Shown: positions 25,864 to 35,419, counted from the stretch's first letter. The stretch is DNA of 64,000 bases from Candidatus Bathyarchaeota archaeon (GCA_005888735.1 VBBN01000029.1:14564-78563), one strand, 5' to 3'. Numbers and translations: made by a program. Notes: generated by a model from the letters alone, not told the origin.

Positions 25864-26446
25864 CACCTCGGGGTAAAGCAGGCTGGCACTGGACGATGGT
25901 TCAGTTCCAGAAATTACGGATGCGACGGGGAAGCACTTCAATCCTTATTTTCGTAGAGAAACGGGGGTCACGTAGAGCTGCACGAACGGGGGATCCATGT
26001 ATTGCGAAAGGGCCGCATTCTCTCCTGAAAAATCGCTTGGATTCAGCCCTAAAGCACGATCTGTCAGCGACCATCAACGGTCGCCTTGACGGCCTGAAGG
26101 AAAATGCTAGCGATTCCACTTTCTCAAATTTCCAGACTCGCCCATAACAAGCCCTGTCGGCAGGAACTCGTCCATAATCACCGCCGGACAGAAAAACGGC
26201 TCGCGGAAAAACGATCGGGTACGGACGCGGCCATTTGAGACGTGAGAGCGGCGGGTCCGGGACCCGTCTAGAACGAGATTAACGGTAAGATGTGAAACCG
26301 AAAAAACGGCGAATCTTTTTGTCACGAATGGTTTCTTGTCGAGAAATCTTTTGGCCCCCGGGGGGTCCTCGTTTCTCCCGCCCGCGAGCCCGAACAACAA
26401 ATTCATCGAGTCCGAACAAGCTAAGCAAACGGGCTCAGCACCCTGG

Positions 26447-27013
26447 TCAGCACGATGTCTCAGGACTTGCCACCTTCCGAGCCCTCCCCTTGACAATTTT
26501 CCCTCGGGCTGATGGAACAATAACCGTTTCCGCGTCCTGAAACTCCGCTTCGAACTCTCGATGTTCGCCAAACCAGTCTAGGAATACGGCTAGAGCTGCC
26601 ACCTCGCTCATCGGCTGGTTCGTAACCGAGACATTCCAGTCAGCCAACCTGAACACTTCACCCGGAACCTTCTCCGAGCCCACAACAATCAGCAAATCCA
26701 ACGGTTCCCGTTGAATCTCGTCAATTAACTTGGGAAGCGGAAGCCCATACGCCGTAAGGTGAACAATCCTACCCCCAGACCTCTTCCATTCACGTATCAC
26801 CTGTCTCCAGGCGATCCCACTCGTAACCTCGAACCTGCCCCCGAACCGGTTCGCGACATCTCTAACAGTAGCCTCCACTTCCTTATCCTGTCTATCAGCA
26901 ATCACCACTCCACTGGCTCCAAACGCGCGTGCGGTAAGGCAAACATGGGTCGTAACCCGCGAATCCCTGAAAAAACGGTGCCCAAGCCGCAAAACAGTGA
27001 TTTTTCCCATCAA
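26447..27013 (-). CDS. trm56: tRNA (cytidine56-2'-O)-methyltransferase aTrm56
   Basis: 188 aa. ITVLRLGHRFFRDSRVTTHVCLTARAFGASGVVIA is the typical aTrm56 N-terminus, on a SPOUT-like fold. Confidence 0.8.
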   Translation of the reverse strand: MMGKITVLRLGHRFFRDSRVTTHVCLTARAFGASGVVIADRQDKEVEATVRDVANRFGGRFEVTSGIAWRQVIREWKRSGGRIVHLTAYGLPLPKLIDEIQREPLDLLIVVGSEKVPGEVFRLADWNVSVTNQPMSEVAALAVFLDWFGEHREFEAEFQDAETVIVPSARGKIVKGRARKVASPETSC

Positions 27014-27084
27014 CAGCCCACCCCGGTTAGGGTATACATTAAATCGTAGAAAGGGACAATATAGTGTAGAGAGGAGTTTTCAGG

Positions 27085-27612
27085 GTGGCAAATCACGACG
27101 ACCTCGCGCGACTGGCAAGCTTCTTCGGCGGCGAAGAAGCTATCAACGTAGTCAAGGCCCTAGCCCAAGCCGGCACCACCACCGACGACGTCATCGCCAC
27201 CCAGGCCAACGTCCGCCTCAACACAGCGAGGAGAATCCTCTACAAGCTCTACGATCACGCCCTAGTAACCTGCACTCGAAGCCGTGACGAGACAACAGGC
27301 TGGTTCATCTACCACTGGAAACTACAGCCAGACCAGCTGGACACCTTCGTCCGCAGCAGAAAAAAGAAAACCCTCGAAAAAATCCGAACGCGCCTAGACT
27401 ACGAGAAGGACCACAGCTTCTTCATGTGCAAAGCCTGCCTGACAATCAGGGTCACATTCGAGGATGCGATGGAATCCGCCTTCCGATGCAGCGGCTGCAA
27501 CGGCCAACTGATCAGCGAGGACAACAGCAAGACAATACAAGTCCTAGAAGAGTCGGCCCGCAGGCTAGAGTCCGAACTCTCAGAGCAACAGTTCGGCAAC
27601 GGCAAATTCTAG
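27085..27612 (+). CDS. tfe: transcription factor E alpha subunit (TFE)
   Basis: 175 aa with an N-terminal winged helix (VRLNTARRILYKLYDHALV...WFIYHWKL) and a CKAC...CSGCNG zinc ribbon. GTG start. Confidence 0.85.
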   Translation: MANHDDLARLASFFGGEEAINVVKALAQAGTTTDDVIATQANVRLNTARRILYKLYDHALVTCTRSRDETTGWFIYHWKLQPDQLDTFVRSRKKKTLEKIRTRLDYEKDHSFFMCKACLTIRVTFEDAMESAFRCSGCNGQLISEDNSKTIQVLEESARRLESELSEQQFGNGKF

Positions 27613-27636
27613 ACTCAGAAGAGTGAAGCACCTCAC

Positions 27637-28458
27637 ATGACCGAGGGATGGCAAGAAGCCACCCTCGCCGAGAAAATCTCACAAAAAACCCAGAGACAAG
27701 GACCCGCTCCCATCAATCGATTACTGTCCCGGGAAGCCCGGGGTCTCAAAGTCGACTGGGAATTCTCCGCCCCACAAGAATGGCTAGACGTCAGAGCGAA
27801 AGGCGAGGACGCAGACGCGTTCCTAAACTTGTTAAGGGGCAAGTTTGGAGAGGCGCCGCGACATCACTCCAATATAGAACGCTGGGACGTCCGTCGAGGC
27901 TTCATCATTGGCTCAGGCCGCATTGGGTTCGGAGTGTATGTGGACGTAGGAATAACAGAGCCAGCCCACAAAGACGCTCTATACCCGCTTCACAGAATGA
28001 GGGCGCAGCTCGCAGATGGAGCAGTTACATCTTGTAGAGAACTACTGGAGGAGAACGCGCTAACAGATGACTTTCCCGTCAAGGTTCTCGTCACAGAAAT
28101 AGACGGGGAACGTCTCACCGTCGAACTTGCGGACGAGACACGTGAGCTATTTGCTTCATGGAAGAAGTTTCCTTTCGACCGAGTCATTGCAATAGGCGCG
28201 ACAAAAGACGCAGTCGAGGGCGCGGTAAGCAATGCAAGGATCGAATATGATGTAATCAAGGTTGAGCCTCTCTCCATCTTCGCTCACTGCCTAGTGTGCA
28301 AGATTGGAACTGATGCTCCGGGCGTTATCGCTAGAATCGGAAACAGGCTAGGGGGTGTCGCTCTCGTTTCCTACCGGACCAAGATTGGGCAAATGCCCGC
28401 TACGAAGACGCGCCACTTACCCTCAACAGTTCTCGGCCCGAGGCAACCGTCAGCATAA
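27637..28458 (+). CDS. conserved archaeal hypothetical protein (DUF2110-like, tentative)
   Basis: 273-aa ORF immediately after tfe on the same strand. The family name is from memory only. Confidence 0.5.
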   Translation: MTEGWQEATLAEKISQKTQRQGPAPINRLLSREARGLKVDWEFSAPQEWLDVRAKGEDADAFLNLLRGKFGEAPRHHSNIERWDVRRGFIIGSGRIGFGVYVDVGITEPAHKDALYPLHRMRAQLADGAVTSCRELLEENALTDDFPVKVLVTEIDGERLTVELADETRELFASWKKFPFDRVIAIGATKDAVEGAVSNARIEYDVIKVEPLSIFAHCLVCKIGTDAPGVIARIGNRLGGVALVSYRTKIGQMPATKTRHLPSTVLGPRQPSA

Positions 28459-28475
28459 GGCTGAGAGTCCCTTCC

Positions 28476-28676
28476 TCAGTCGTTCCAGTCCGGGGCTATG
28501 GACAGTCCTATAGTTACAAGTCCAGCAGGAATCATCATGGTCCCTGCGAGGAAGACGGTTGAGTAGTAGAAACCGTTGCTAGCATAGAGAAGCGATCCAA
28601 CAAGGACCATAACCAGCCCTGCCAGTGAACCCAGAACTGTTCGCGGCCTCGCCCTAGTTGTATCGAGGAAATTCAC
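28476..28676 (-). CDS. small membrane protein
   Basis: 66 aa with two hydrophobic helices. Confidence 0.35.
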   Translation of the reverse strand: MNFLDTTRARPRTVLGSLAGLVMVLVGSLLYASNGFYYSTVFLAGTMMIPAGLVTIGLSIAPDWND

Positions 28677-28810
28677 ATGCTGACGCTAATAATTGCCCTT
28701 AGTCTCGCCTTTATTGTTAACGGAATAACGAGGCGAAAACATGACCGTTCCCTGAAACAATGGCACCCTCTGGGCCTTGCTTCATTTCACAAGACCAGGA
28801 GGAATGACCG

Positions 28811-30010
28811 TCATTCCCACTTATTACTCCCCCTGGTTTCTACCGAGGTAGCCAAGGCGAATCGGGAAGCCTCCTTCTGCGAGTACCCCAGCTTGCGCAG
28901 AACCGGAATCGTATGCTCACCGAGTTCTGGAGCAGTCAAGAACGCAGCAGGTCTTCTGGCTGAGAACAAGAGCGGAGAGGCTAGTCGGAGGGTTCCCCTG
29001 TCTCGTTGTATAAGGCCACGGCTAAGCAATTGCTTGTCCTTGGTAACGCTACGGATAGTGTACACCGGTGCCGATGGAATTCCGTGACCGGTAAGCAGTT
29101 TATGCCAGTAGACTACTCTCTGTTGACGGAACATTTTCGAGAGCGTGAGGACCAGAGCGTTTCTGTTTCGTACTCTCATCGGGTTTGTCGAGAATCTTCT
29201 ATCTTCGCTAAGTCGATGGAGCTCAAGGGTCTTGCATAACGACTGCCATTGCTTGTCGTTTCCAACAGCGACGATGAGGTAGTCGTCTTGACACTTGAAA
29301 GCTTGGTAGGGAACTATGCTTGGATGGGCAGAGCCAAACCGGTCCGGTTGCTTACCAGTCGTGAAAAAGTAAGTGGCGTTGTAGGTGAGCCATGAAACGA
29401 TCGAGTCTAGCAGCGAGACATCCACATAGTCTCCCGTTCCCGTTACGAGCCGTCTCGCTAGTGCAGCCAGTATCCCCGTTGTTGCATAGTGTCCCGCGGC
29501 AATGTCAGCGACTGGGACGCTGACTCTGATCGGAGGCCGGCCCCTTTCGCCTGTTGTGCTCATGATGCCGCTCATGGCGAAGGCTGTTAAGTCGTATCCT
29601 GGCCGGTTCTTGTAGGGTCCGGTCTGCCCGAAGCCTGATATGGAGCAATAGACCAGTGCTTTGTTCAAGCGTCGGAGGCTTCGGTAGTCCAAGTGCATCT
29701 TCGAGAGTGTGCCGGGCTGAAAGCTCTCGACAAAAAAGTCTGAGTCAACGACGAGCTCTCTGATGACTTTCTGAGCCTCTCTAGTCCGGAGGTCGAGCGC
29801 GACACTTTTCTTTCCTCGGTTAAGGCTGAGGAAGTAGCAGCTCTGTCCCCTAACGAAGGGCGGACCCCAGGCTCTTGTCTCGTCTCCGAGCCCAGGCTTC
29901 TCCACCTTAATCACTTCCGCGCCGAGGTCGGCTAGTATCATTGTGCAGAAGGGGCCTGCGAAATCCTTGGTCAAATCGACGACTCGGAGGCCTACGAGAG
30001 GCAGGGCCAT
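28811..30010 (-). CDS. family III CoA-transferase (CaiB/BaiF/Frc-like)
   Basis: MALPLVGLRVVDLTKDFAGPFCTMILADLGAEVIKVEKP... is the canonical family III N-terminus. I chose the ATG at 30010. Confidence 0.85.
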   Translation of the reverse strand: MALPLVGLRVVDLTKDFAGPFCTMILADLGAEVIKVEKPGLGDETRAWGPPFVRGQSCYFLSLNRGKKSVALDLRTREAQKVIRELVVDSDFFVESFQPGTLSKMHLDYRSLRRLNKALVYCSISGFGQTGPYKNRPGYDLTAFAMSGIMSTTGERGRPPIRVSVPVADIAAGHYATTGILAALARRLVTGTGDYVDVSLLDSIVSWLTYNATYFFTTGKQPDRFGSAHPSIVPYQAFKCQDDYLIVAVGNDKQWQSLCKTLELHRLSEDRRFSTNPMRVRNRNALVLTLSKMFRQQRVVYWHKLLTGHGIPSAPVYTIRSVTKDKQLLSRGLIQRDRGTLRLASPLLFSARRPAAFLTAPELGEHTIPVLRKLGYSQKEASRFALATSVETRGSNKWE

Positions 30011-30072
30011 GGGCTTATCTCTGGCCCTGACCATTTGATTTGTGCCACGTATAACCGTGAGGCTTACCATAT

Positions 30073-30633
30073 ATGGAAGTTTACAAGCCGACTGTCGAGG
30101 TCTTGGTTGAGGGAGAGCTCTCACCATTCGAGCACGAGGCCCTCTACCAGTTGCTCAAGAAGACGTTCAGTGTGGAGCACCCCTCGTATGTTGAGCTTTC
30201 TGACGAGAACTTGGCCACACGGGTCAACATCGTCTTTCACCACCCGTACACCAGCGAACTGTTCAACAGTGTGTTGCAGGAGAACTGGCGAGACTTGAAG
30301 GAGATTCTGAGACAGGTCCGACACCGGCGAGGACGGGCTGGAGCAGCGTTCAATCTCGCATTTGTAAATGGTAGCTGTCGTCTAGTGTTCAGCTCCGGAA
30401 GGCTGGAACAGAATGCGATGAGTTCTGCAATAGAACAGGTTGGCTACTTGACCGGCATTGTGCAGCAAATGATGCGCCCGGACACGATGAAAGAAACCCT
30501 TGGGCTCATCGAATGTTCATTCGATCCGAAAACCGACCGGTGGCACGAGTTCAGAGGGTTCAGCCTCTCAAACGAGAAGAAAATCTACGCCTTCGACGAT
30601 TCGACTCTTCAGTGGACACCTCTCAGCGAATAG
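30073..30633 (+). CDS. hypothetical protein
   Basis: 186-aa ORF with globular composition and no motif I recognise. Confidence 0.45.
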   Translation: MEVYKPTVEVLVEGELSPFEHEALYQLLKKTFSVEHPSYVELSDENLATRVNIVFHHPYTSELFNSVLQENWRDLKEILRQVRHRRGRAGAAFNLAFVNGSCRLVFSSGRLEQNAMSSAIEQVGYLTGIVQQMMRPDTMKETLGLIECSFDPKTDRWHEFRGFSLSNEKKIYAFDDSTLQWTPLSE

Positions 30634-30646
30634 ACATGGAAGAAGG

Positions 30647-30979
30647 GTGAAGGTTCAAAATCCAGAAACCGCTCATCCTGCATTCAAGATGATGGTTCGA
30701 AGAACCTCTGACTACAAAGCTCCGGGCGGAAAACTCGTAAGGGTCCGAATGGAAGAGAAGAACGGTGAGATAGAGACTATTCGAATATCGGGAGACTTCT
30801 TCCTTGTTCCCGAAGACCAGCTTTCAAAGCTGGAAAAGATGCTGATCGGGGCTCCATTGAAAGCAAGAGAGCTCAAGCTATTGGTTGACAGGTTTTTCGT
30901 GGCGACGAGAGTTAAGGGTCTGGGGGTTTCACCGGACGACTTCGTCCAGGCCGTTCTCACAGCAACGGTGGTGGAATAG
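30647..30979 (+). CDS. lplB: lipoate-protein ligase C-terminal domain protein (LplB-like)
   Basis: YKAPGGKLVRVRMEEKNGEIETIRISGDFFLVPED matches the LplA C-terminal accessory domain. GTG at 30647 lies after a GGAAGAAGG RBS. An ATG at 30689 is an alternative start. Confidence 0.65.
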   Translation: MKVQNPETAHPAFKMMVRRTSDYKAPGGKLVRVRMEEKNGEIETIRISGDFFLVPEDQLSKLEKMLIGAPLKARELKLLVDRFFVATRVKGLGVSPDDFVQAVLTATVVE

Positions 30980-31038
30980 GACTGACTGAAACCTGGCGTC
31001 TCGTCGACCTTGAGTACAGGGACGATCCTTTCAAGAAC

Positions 31039-31755
31039 TTGGCCGTCGAGGAGGCTATTCCGCGAACCGTAGGAAAGGGAAAAGCGCCGACCACTGTGCG
31101 CTTCTGGCATAACGCAAACACTGTGGTCCTAGGATGTTTTCAGTCGGCGCAGCTCGAGGTTAACTTTGACGCGTGCAAACAGACAGGGACACAAGTTGTC
31201 CGCCGGTTCACGGGGGGTGGGGCTGTTTACCATGACGCGGGGAACCTGAACTACGCCATATCACTGAGGGAAGGCCATCCTGTCATTCCTAAAGATGATA
31301 ACTTGCAACTTGTCTTCAGAAGGCTCTCGGAGGGAACAGTGAAAGGCCTTCGAGACCTCGGTGTCAGTGCCGAGTTCGAGCCCATCAACGATATTCAAGT
31401 CGACGGAAAGAAGGTCTCGGGGGCAGCTGGAAGTGTCAGGTGGGGAGCGGTGTTCCATCATGGATGTATTCTTGTTTCATCTGACTTGACGATTCTAGGC
31501 AAGGTGTTGAATGTGTCGAGGGCTAAACTGTCAGACAAGCACGTGGCTAGCGTTCAAAAGAGAGTGACAACTGTCCGGGAAGAACTTGCGCGCCACGTCA
31601 CAACCTTTGAGGTGCAGGATGCGATTGTCAAAGGAATCGAGGAATGCTACGGGGTCCACCTTGAGAACGCCGACCTTACTAAGGAAGAGTTGGCTCTGGC
31701 CCAAGAATTGTATGATACGAAATACAGCCGCTCCGAATGGAACCTTAGCCCTTAG
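31039..31755 (+). CDS. lplA: lipoate-protein ligase A catalytic subunit
   Basis: The BPL/LPL catalytic domain is present (VRRFTGGGAVYHDAGNLNYAI, GKKVSGAAGSV). N-terminal homology (TWRLVDLEYRDDPFKNLAVEEA) extends upstream of the first canonical start to about 30982. Confidence 0.85.
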   Translation: MAVEEAIPRTVGKGKAPTTVRFWHNANTVVLGCFQSAQLEVNFDACKQTGTQVVRRFTGGGAVYHDAGNLNYAISLREGHPVIPKDDNLQLVFRRLSEGTVKGLRDLGVSAEFEPINDIQVDGKKVSGAAGSVRWGAVFHHGCILVSSDLTILGKVLNVSRAKLSDKHVASVQKRVTTVREELARHVTTFEVQDAIVKGIEECYGVHLENADLTKEELALAQELYDTKYSRSEWNLSP

Positions 31756-31796
31756 GGCTTTGCGGTCGCTGTGAAGAAAAAGGAGGTTCTTGCAGC

Positions 31797-32018
31797 CTAG
31801 AGTCTAGGTGTTTGGAGACGATTACTTGATGCTATAGAGGGTTCCGGCGAATCGTTGAGGTGTGGCTTTGATCTGAAGGGCGGAGTCTTACCATTATCGC
31901 CTTGGGTCCTGAACCATTCAGGAATAATGACTGCACGCAACAGTTCCTGGACTGAAACTCCCCTCTCTTTGGCTTCGTTCTCTAGTAAAGTGAATGTCTG
32001 AGGGCCGAACGCAACCAT
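31797..32018 (-). CDS. hypothetical RHH/CopG-like protein
   Basis: 73 aa. QTFTLLENEAKERGVSVQELLRAVII resembles a ribbon-helix-helix. No partner toxin gene lies adjacent. Confidence 0.3.
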   Translation of the reverse strand: MVAFGPQTFTLLENEAKERGVSVQELLRAVIIPEWFRTQGDNGKTPPFRSKPHLNDSPEPSIASSNRLQTPRL

Positions 32019-32270
32019 TACCTTTGTTGACGTTGGGGCATCCCGTTTCTGGTCTCCAAGTATTCCCTAGGCTGGAGGAATGAGCCCATGGGATACTGCG
32101 GATACCATCCAGTATTGTGAGCGGCAAGCAATATAAGCCTGCCGGATAGGATTTTCCGAAAAACGGATAGCGTGTAGTACACGTCTCTAGATGACCAGGA
32201 CAACAAAATCATAGCCACTCTCCAACGGGATGCCAGCCTAAGCTACAAACAAGTTGCCGAGAAACTCGGA

Positions 32271-32606
32271 ATGAACGAGTCGACTGTGAGGAAACGAATA
32301 GTTTCCTTGAAAAGAAGACGCATAATTCGTAGGTTCACAGTGGATGTCGACGCCGAGAAGCTGGGGATAAAGACCCGTGCTTTTCTCGGAGTAGATGCCG
32401 AGCCCTCGAGGATTCTAGATGTTGGAAGGCAACTGGCTGAGATGACTGAGTGTCGTTTTGTCTTCAACGTTGCTGGCCACCATGATTTCTGGGCCATTGT
32501 CTGGGCCAAGGATAGGGAGGCCCTTTCGGGAATCATTCAGCGGATTTCCGCCATAGAGGGTGTCACCAGCGTAAACCCCTCGATCCTGGCAGAGAGGCTG
32601 AAGTAG
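32271..32606 (+). CDS. Lrp/AsnC family transcriptional regulator (copy 1)
   Basis: An HTH (MNESTVRKRIVSLKRRRII) and a RAM/AsnC_trans_reg domain are present. Homology to copy 2 continues upstream (SLDDQDNKIIATLQRDASLSYKQVAEKLG) to about 32184 with no canonical start. Confidence 0.75.
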   Translation: MNESTVRKRIVSLKRRRIIRRFTVDVDAEKLGIKTRAFLGVDAEPSRILDVGRQLAEMTECRFVFNVAGHHDFWAIVWAKDREALSGIIQRISAIEGVTSVNPSILAERLK

Positions 32607-32607
32607 G

Positions 32608-33027
32608 TTGTCGCTGGACGAGACGGACTACAAGATAATCTCGGTTCTTCAGGAGGACTCCAGCCAGACATACAGGGAGCTAGCGGGGCGGCTCAGCATG
32701 AACGAGTCAACCGTGAGAAAGAGAGTTATTGCGCTGAAAAAACGGGGTCTAAGGTTCACCATTATTGTTGACACGTCAAAGCTGGGGTTCAAGACTGATG
32801 CCAGCCTCGGAGTTGACGTCGATCCATCGAAGCTTCTTGAGGTAGGAAAGAAGCTGGCTGAGCTTCCAGGGCTGAGAATGGTGTACACAGCATCCGGTGA
32901 GAGCGACTTCCAAGTGGTGGTATGGGCTAGCGACAGAGATGCATTGGCCAACATAGTAGAGCGGGTTTCGGCTCTAGATGGTGTCTTGAAGGTTCGTGTC
33001 TCAGTTGTGGCGGAGCGGCTGAAGTAG
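32608..33027 (+). CDS. Lrp/AsnC family transcriptional regulator (copy 2)
   Basis: 139 aa, a full HTH + RAM architecture with a TTG start 1 nt after the stop of copy 1. Confidence 0.85.
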   Translation: MSLDETDYKIISVLQEDSSQTYRELAGRLSMNESTVRKRVIALKKRGLRFTIIVDTSKLGFKTDASLGVDVDPSKLLEVGKKLAELPGLRMVYTASGESDFQVVVWASDRDALANIVERVSALDGVLKVRVSVVAERLK

Positions 33028-33117
33028 ACCCTGTTGCGTCACGTCCAAAGGTCTCGGCTGTCTCTCCGCGGAAGCTTCTTGAGCGTCTTTTTCACGGTCT
33101 TCTCAAGTGAAGTTCGC

Positions 33118-33294
33118 ATGCCGATAATCAAAGTCTTGATGTATACTGGCCGGAGCCAGCAGCAGAAAGATGAGCTTGCCAAGGCGATTACGGACGCGGT
33201 AGAGGCGATTGCCAAGGCGCCGCGTGACCAAACGATTGTTGTGTTTCAAGAGGTTGTTAGGGAACACTACTATGTTGGGGGCAGGAGGGCGTAG
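33118..33294 (+). CDS. 4-oxalocrotonate tautomerase family protein
   Basis: 58 aa starting MPIIKVLMYTGRSQQQKDELAKAIT, with the Pro1 tautomerase signature. Confidence 0.7.
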   Translation: MPIIKVLMYTGRSQQQKDELAKAITDAVEAIAKAPRDQTIVVFQEVVREHYYVGGRRA

Positions 33295-33489
33295 CCTGGA
33301 AAACCCGCTTTGCGGGCTCCAGATAAGAATGTCTACTGTGTTTTGTTCGGGGTGCCCCGTGACTGGGGGTGTTTTGTAGGATGGGCTTGTTTTGGGCTTG
33401 TTTCAGGGTTTTGAAGCTTGAATCTGGTTTCTCTCAGGCGTCTAGAACCTGCATGGTACGCGCATTAGAAGCGCGGGAACCGGGGCCGG

Positions 33490-34527
33490 GTGGCTTTGGA
33501 AGGGTTCAGGGAGAATGTTTTAACCGAACAGCTTCTCGTTTCTCTTCCGGAATCACCTTTGGCTCAGACCCTCTCCCAGTTCAACGGACACCGAGAGCTG
33601 GCAGAGGAAATTCTGAGGTTGAAACAGGAGAGAAACGCTGTCATTCTCGCTCACAACTATCAGGTGCCTGAGGTCCAAGACATTGCCGACTTTGTGGGCG
33701 ACTCCTTGGGGCTGTCTCAGGCCGCGGCGAAGACCCCTGCTAAGGTGATAGTCTTCTGCGGCGTCCACTTCATGGCAGAGACGGCCTCGATAATCTGCCC
33801 GGACAAGACGGTGCTCCTTCCAGACTTGGCGGCCGGATGCTCCCTTGCAGCGACCATAAACGCGGAACAGCTCAAAACATGGAAGAGAGAACATCCAAAC
33901 GCAGTCGTAGTCTCATATATCAACACAACCGCCGAGGTCAAAGCGGAAAGCGACTACGTCTGCACATCCAGCAACGCCGTCAAAGTTGTTAACAGCATTC
34001 CCCGAGATAGGGAAATTCTCTTCCTGCCAGACCTCTTCCTTGGCGCCTACGTCAAAGAGAAGACCGGGCGAGACATGGAGATTTGGCCTGGCGAGTGCCA
34101 CGTTCACGCAGGAATAACGCCGGATATTGTCAACCAGAAACTCGCTGAGAACGCTGGCGCGGAGTTCTTGGTCCACCCAGAGTGCGGCTGTGTCACGCAG
34201 TTCATGTATTTTGCAGAGAAAGGAGACTTCAACTCTCAGCTGACCCATGTCTTCTCAACGGAGGGAATGGTGAGGCACGCGCGAGAATCCGCTAGCAGCA
34301 AATTCCTAGTCGCAACCGAGACCGGGATTCTACACCGGATGAGAAAACAGAACCCGGACAAGACTTTCCTCCCGGTAAAGGATGACGCTGTCTGCCAATA
34401 CATGAAATCAATAACACTGGAAAAAGTCGCGACTTCCCTGAGAAACATGGTCCACGAGGTCCACGTTCCCGAAGATGTGGCGGACAGGTCTCGTCGAGCA
34501 ATCGGACGAATGCTCGAACTGGCGTAG
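33490..34527 (+). CDS. nadA: quinolinate synthase
   Basis: 345 aa with AHNYQ, VHFMAET and HPECGC motifs. GTG start. Confidence 0.9.
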   Translation: MALEGFRENVLTEQLLVSLPESPLAQTLSQFNGHRELAEEILRLKQERNAVILAHNYQVPEVQDIADFVGDSLGLSQAAAKTPAKVIVFCGVHFMAETASIICPDKTVLLPDLAAGCSLAATINAEQLKTWKREHPNAVVVSYINTTAEVKAESDYVCTSSNAVKVVNSIPRDREILFLPDLFLGAYVKEKTGRDMEIWPGECHVHAGITPDIVNQKLAENAGAEFLVHPECGCVTQFMYFAEKGDFNSQLTHVFSTEGMVRHARESASSKFLVATETGILHRMRKQNPDKTFLPVKDDAVCQYMKSITLEKVATSLRNMVHEVHVPEDVADRSRRAIGRMLELA

Positions 34528-34576
34528 AAATGCTGACTGTTACTCGCAGGCTGGGTGACGGTTTCGATCCCCAGTT

Positions 34577-35419
34577 TTAAGCTACCGTCGTAGCGAGGAG
34601 GAAACGGCCCGCGCGTAGGGCTTTCCCACTTGATACGAGTGCCTCCTTTGCCTCAAGGAGACAATCATTCCATCGGAACCAGTCCGCCACCTCTTTCTCA
34701 GGGACCAAAACAGCAGCTTCGATAGTACATTGGAGCAGATCCTCTAGAGCTTTCTCATAGCTCGGCGAGCCCTTGTTCGAGCGTTCTGTGAACGCCTGGG
34801 GCCAGAGCCGCCATATGTTTGCGTGAAGATGCCTTTCCGGTTTCGGATCTTCGTATCCCACAATGAGCCCCAGGCTCTCAAGCTTGACTAGGCTTCGGTG
34901 AAACGGGGCAGTGTTCGTTTTTCCCGTCAGTTGGAGCGTGATACGAAGCTTGTCGGTTCTTGTCGGGCCTTTCTCTTCAAGAACGTCCATAATTCTCCAT
35001 TCAAAAGTAGAAAGGATTCTATGGTCCGAGGCCAGTTTATGGTAGTGCTCTACGATTGGGTCCATGACTGGCCAGAGCTTACTTGACACTAGGGTTTTGG
35101 TGTCTCGAAAGATTCTCATCTCAATGACGTCTTTGTCCTTAGAGAGTTCTCGCAACCAGTAAGCGATGCGGTGTCCTGAGACTTGGACATTCCACCAGTC
35201 AAGCCAGGACGTGAACCCTCTTCCCGTAGGCTTCCAAGGCTTTCCAAGAATCGCGCCGATGAGGCTGGGGAGTTCGTTGCCAACTAGGGTCGAGACGAGG
35301 CCTTTGTCGCGGATGAACGCGCGAATATCCCCGATTGTCTTTAGTCGCAGCGAGGGCTTTAGTCTATGTTCCTTCTCGCGAGCCCTTCGGGCTTTGACAA
35401 GTAGGCTGGCCGTGTTCAA
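34577..35419 (-). CDS. hypothetical protein (winged-helix-like segment), translationally coupled to nadC
   Basis: 280 aa. Its TTG start overlaps the nadC TGA stop (TTGA at 35416-35419). An internal wHTH-like stretch is RIMDVLEEKGPTRTDKLRITLQ...FHRSLVKLESLGLIV. Confidence 0.5.
   Translation of the reverse strand: MNTASLLVKARRAREKEHRLKPSLRLKTIGDIRAFIRDKGLVSTLVGNELPSLIGAILGKPWKPTGRGFTSWLDWWNVQVSGHRIAYWLRELSKDKDVIEMRIFRDTKTLVSSKLWPVMDPIVEHYHKLASDHRILSTFEWRIMDVLEEKGPTRTDKLRITLQLTGKTNTAPFHRSLVKLESLGLIVGYEDPKPERHLHANIWRLWPQAFTERSNKGSPSYEKALEDLLQCTIEAAVLVPEKEVADWFRWNDCLLEAKEALVSSGKALRAGRFLLATTVA

Noticed and set aside
25864-26446. RNase P RNA or SRP RNA in the mbf1-trm56 gap
   Set aside because: The universally conserved GAGGAAAGUCC (P4/CR-I) is absent on both strands. 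The ACAGAAA-like and GGTAAG-like strings are in the wrong order for RNase P. No GGAAGGGAGCA-like SRP helix 8 motif is present.
26107-26571. 154-aa reverse ORF spanning the trm56 3' end
   Set aside because: It overlaps trm56 in another frame, and the remainder is R/F-rich with no motif. I treated the region as non-coding or a possible ncRNA.
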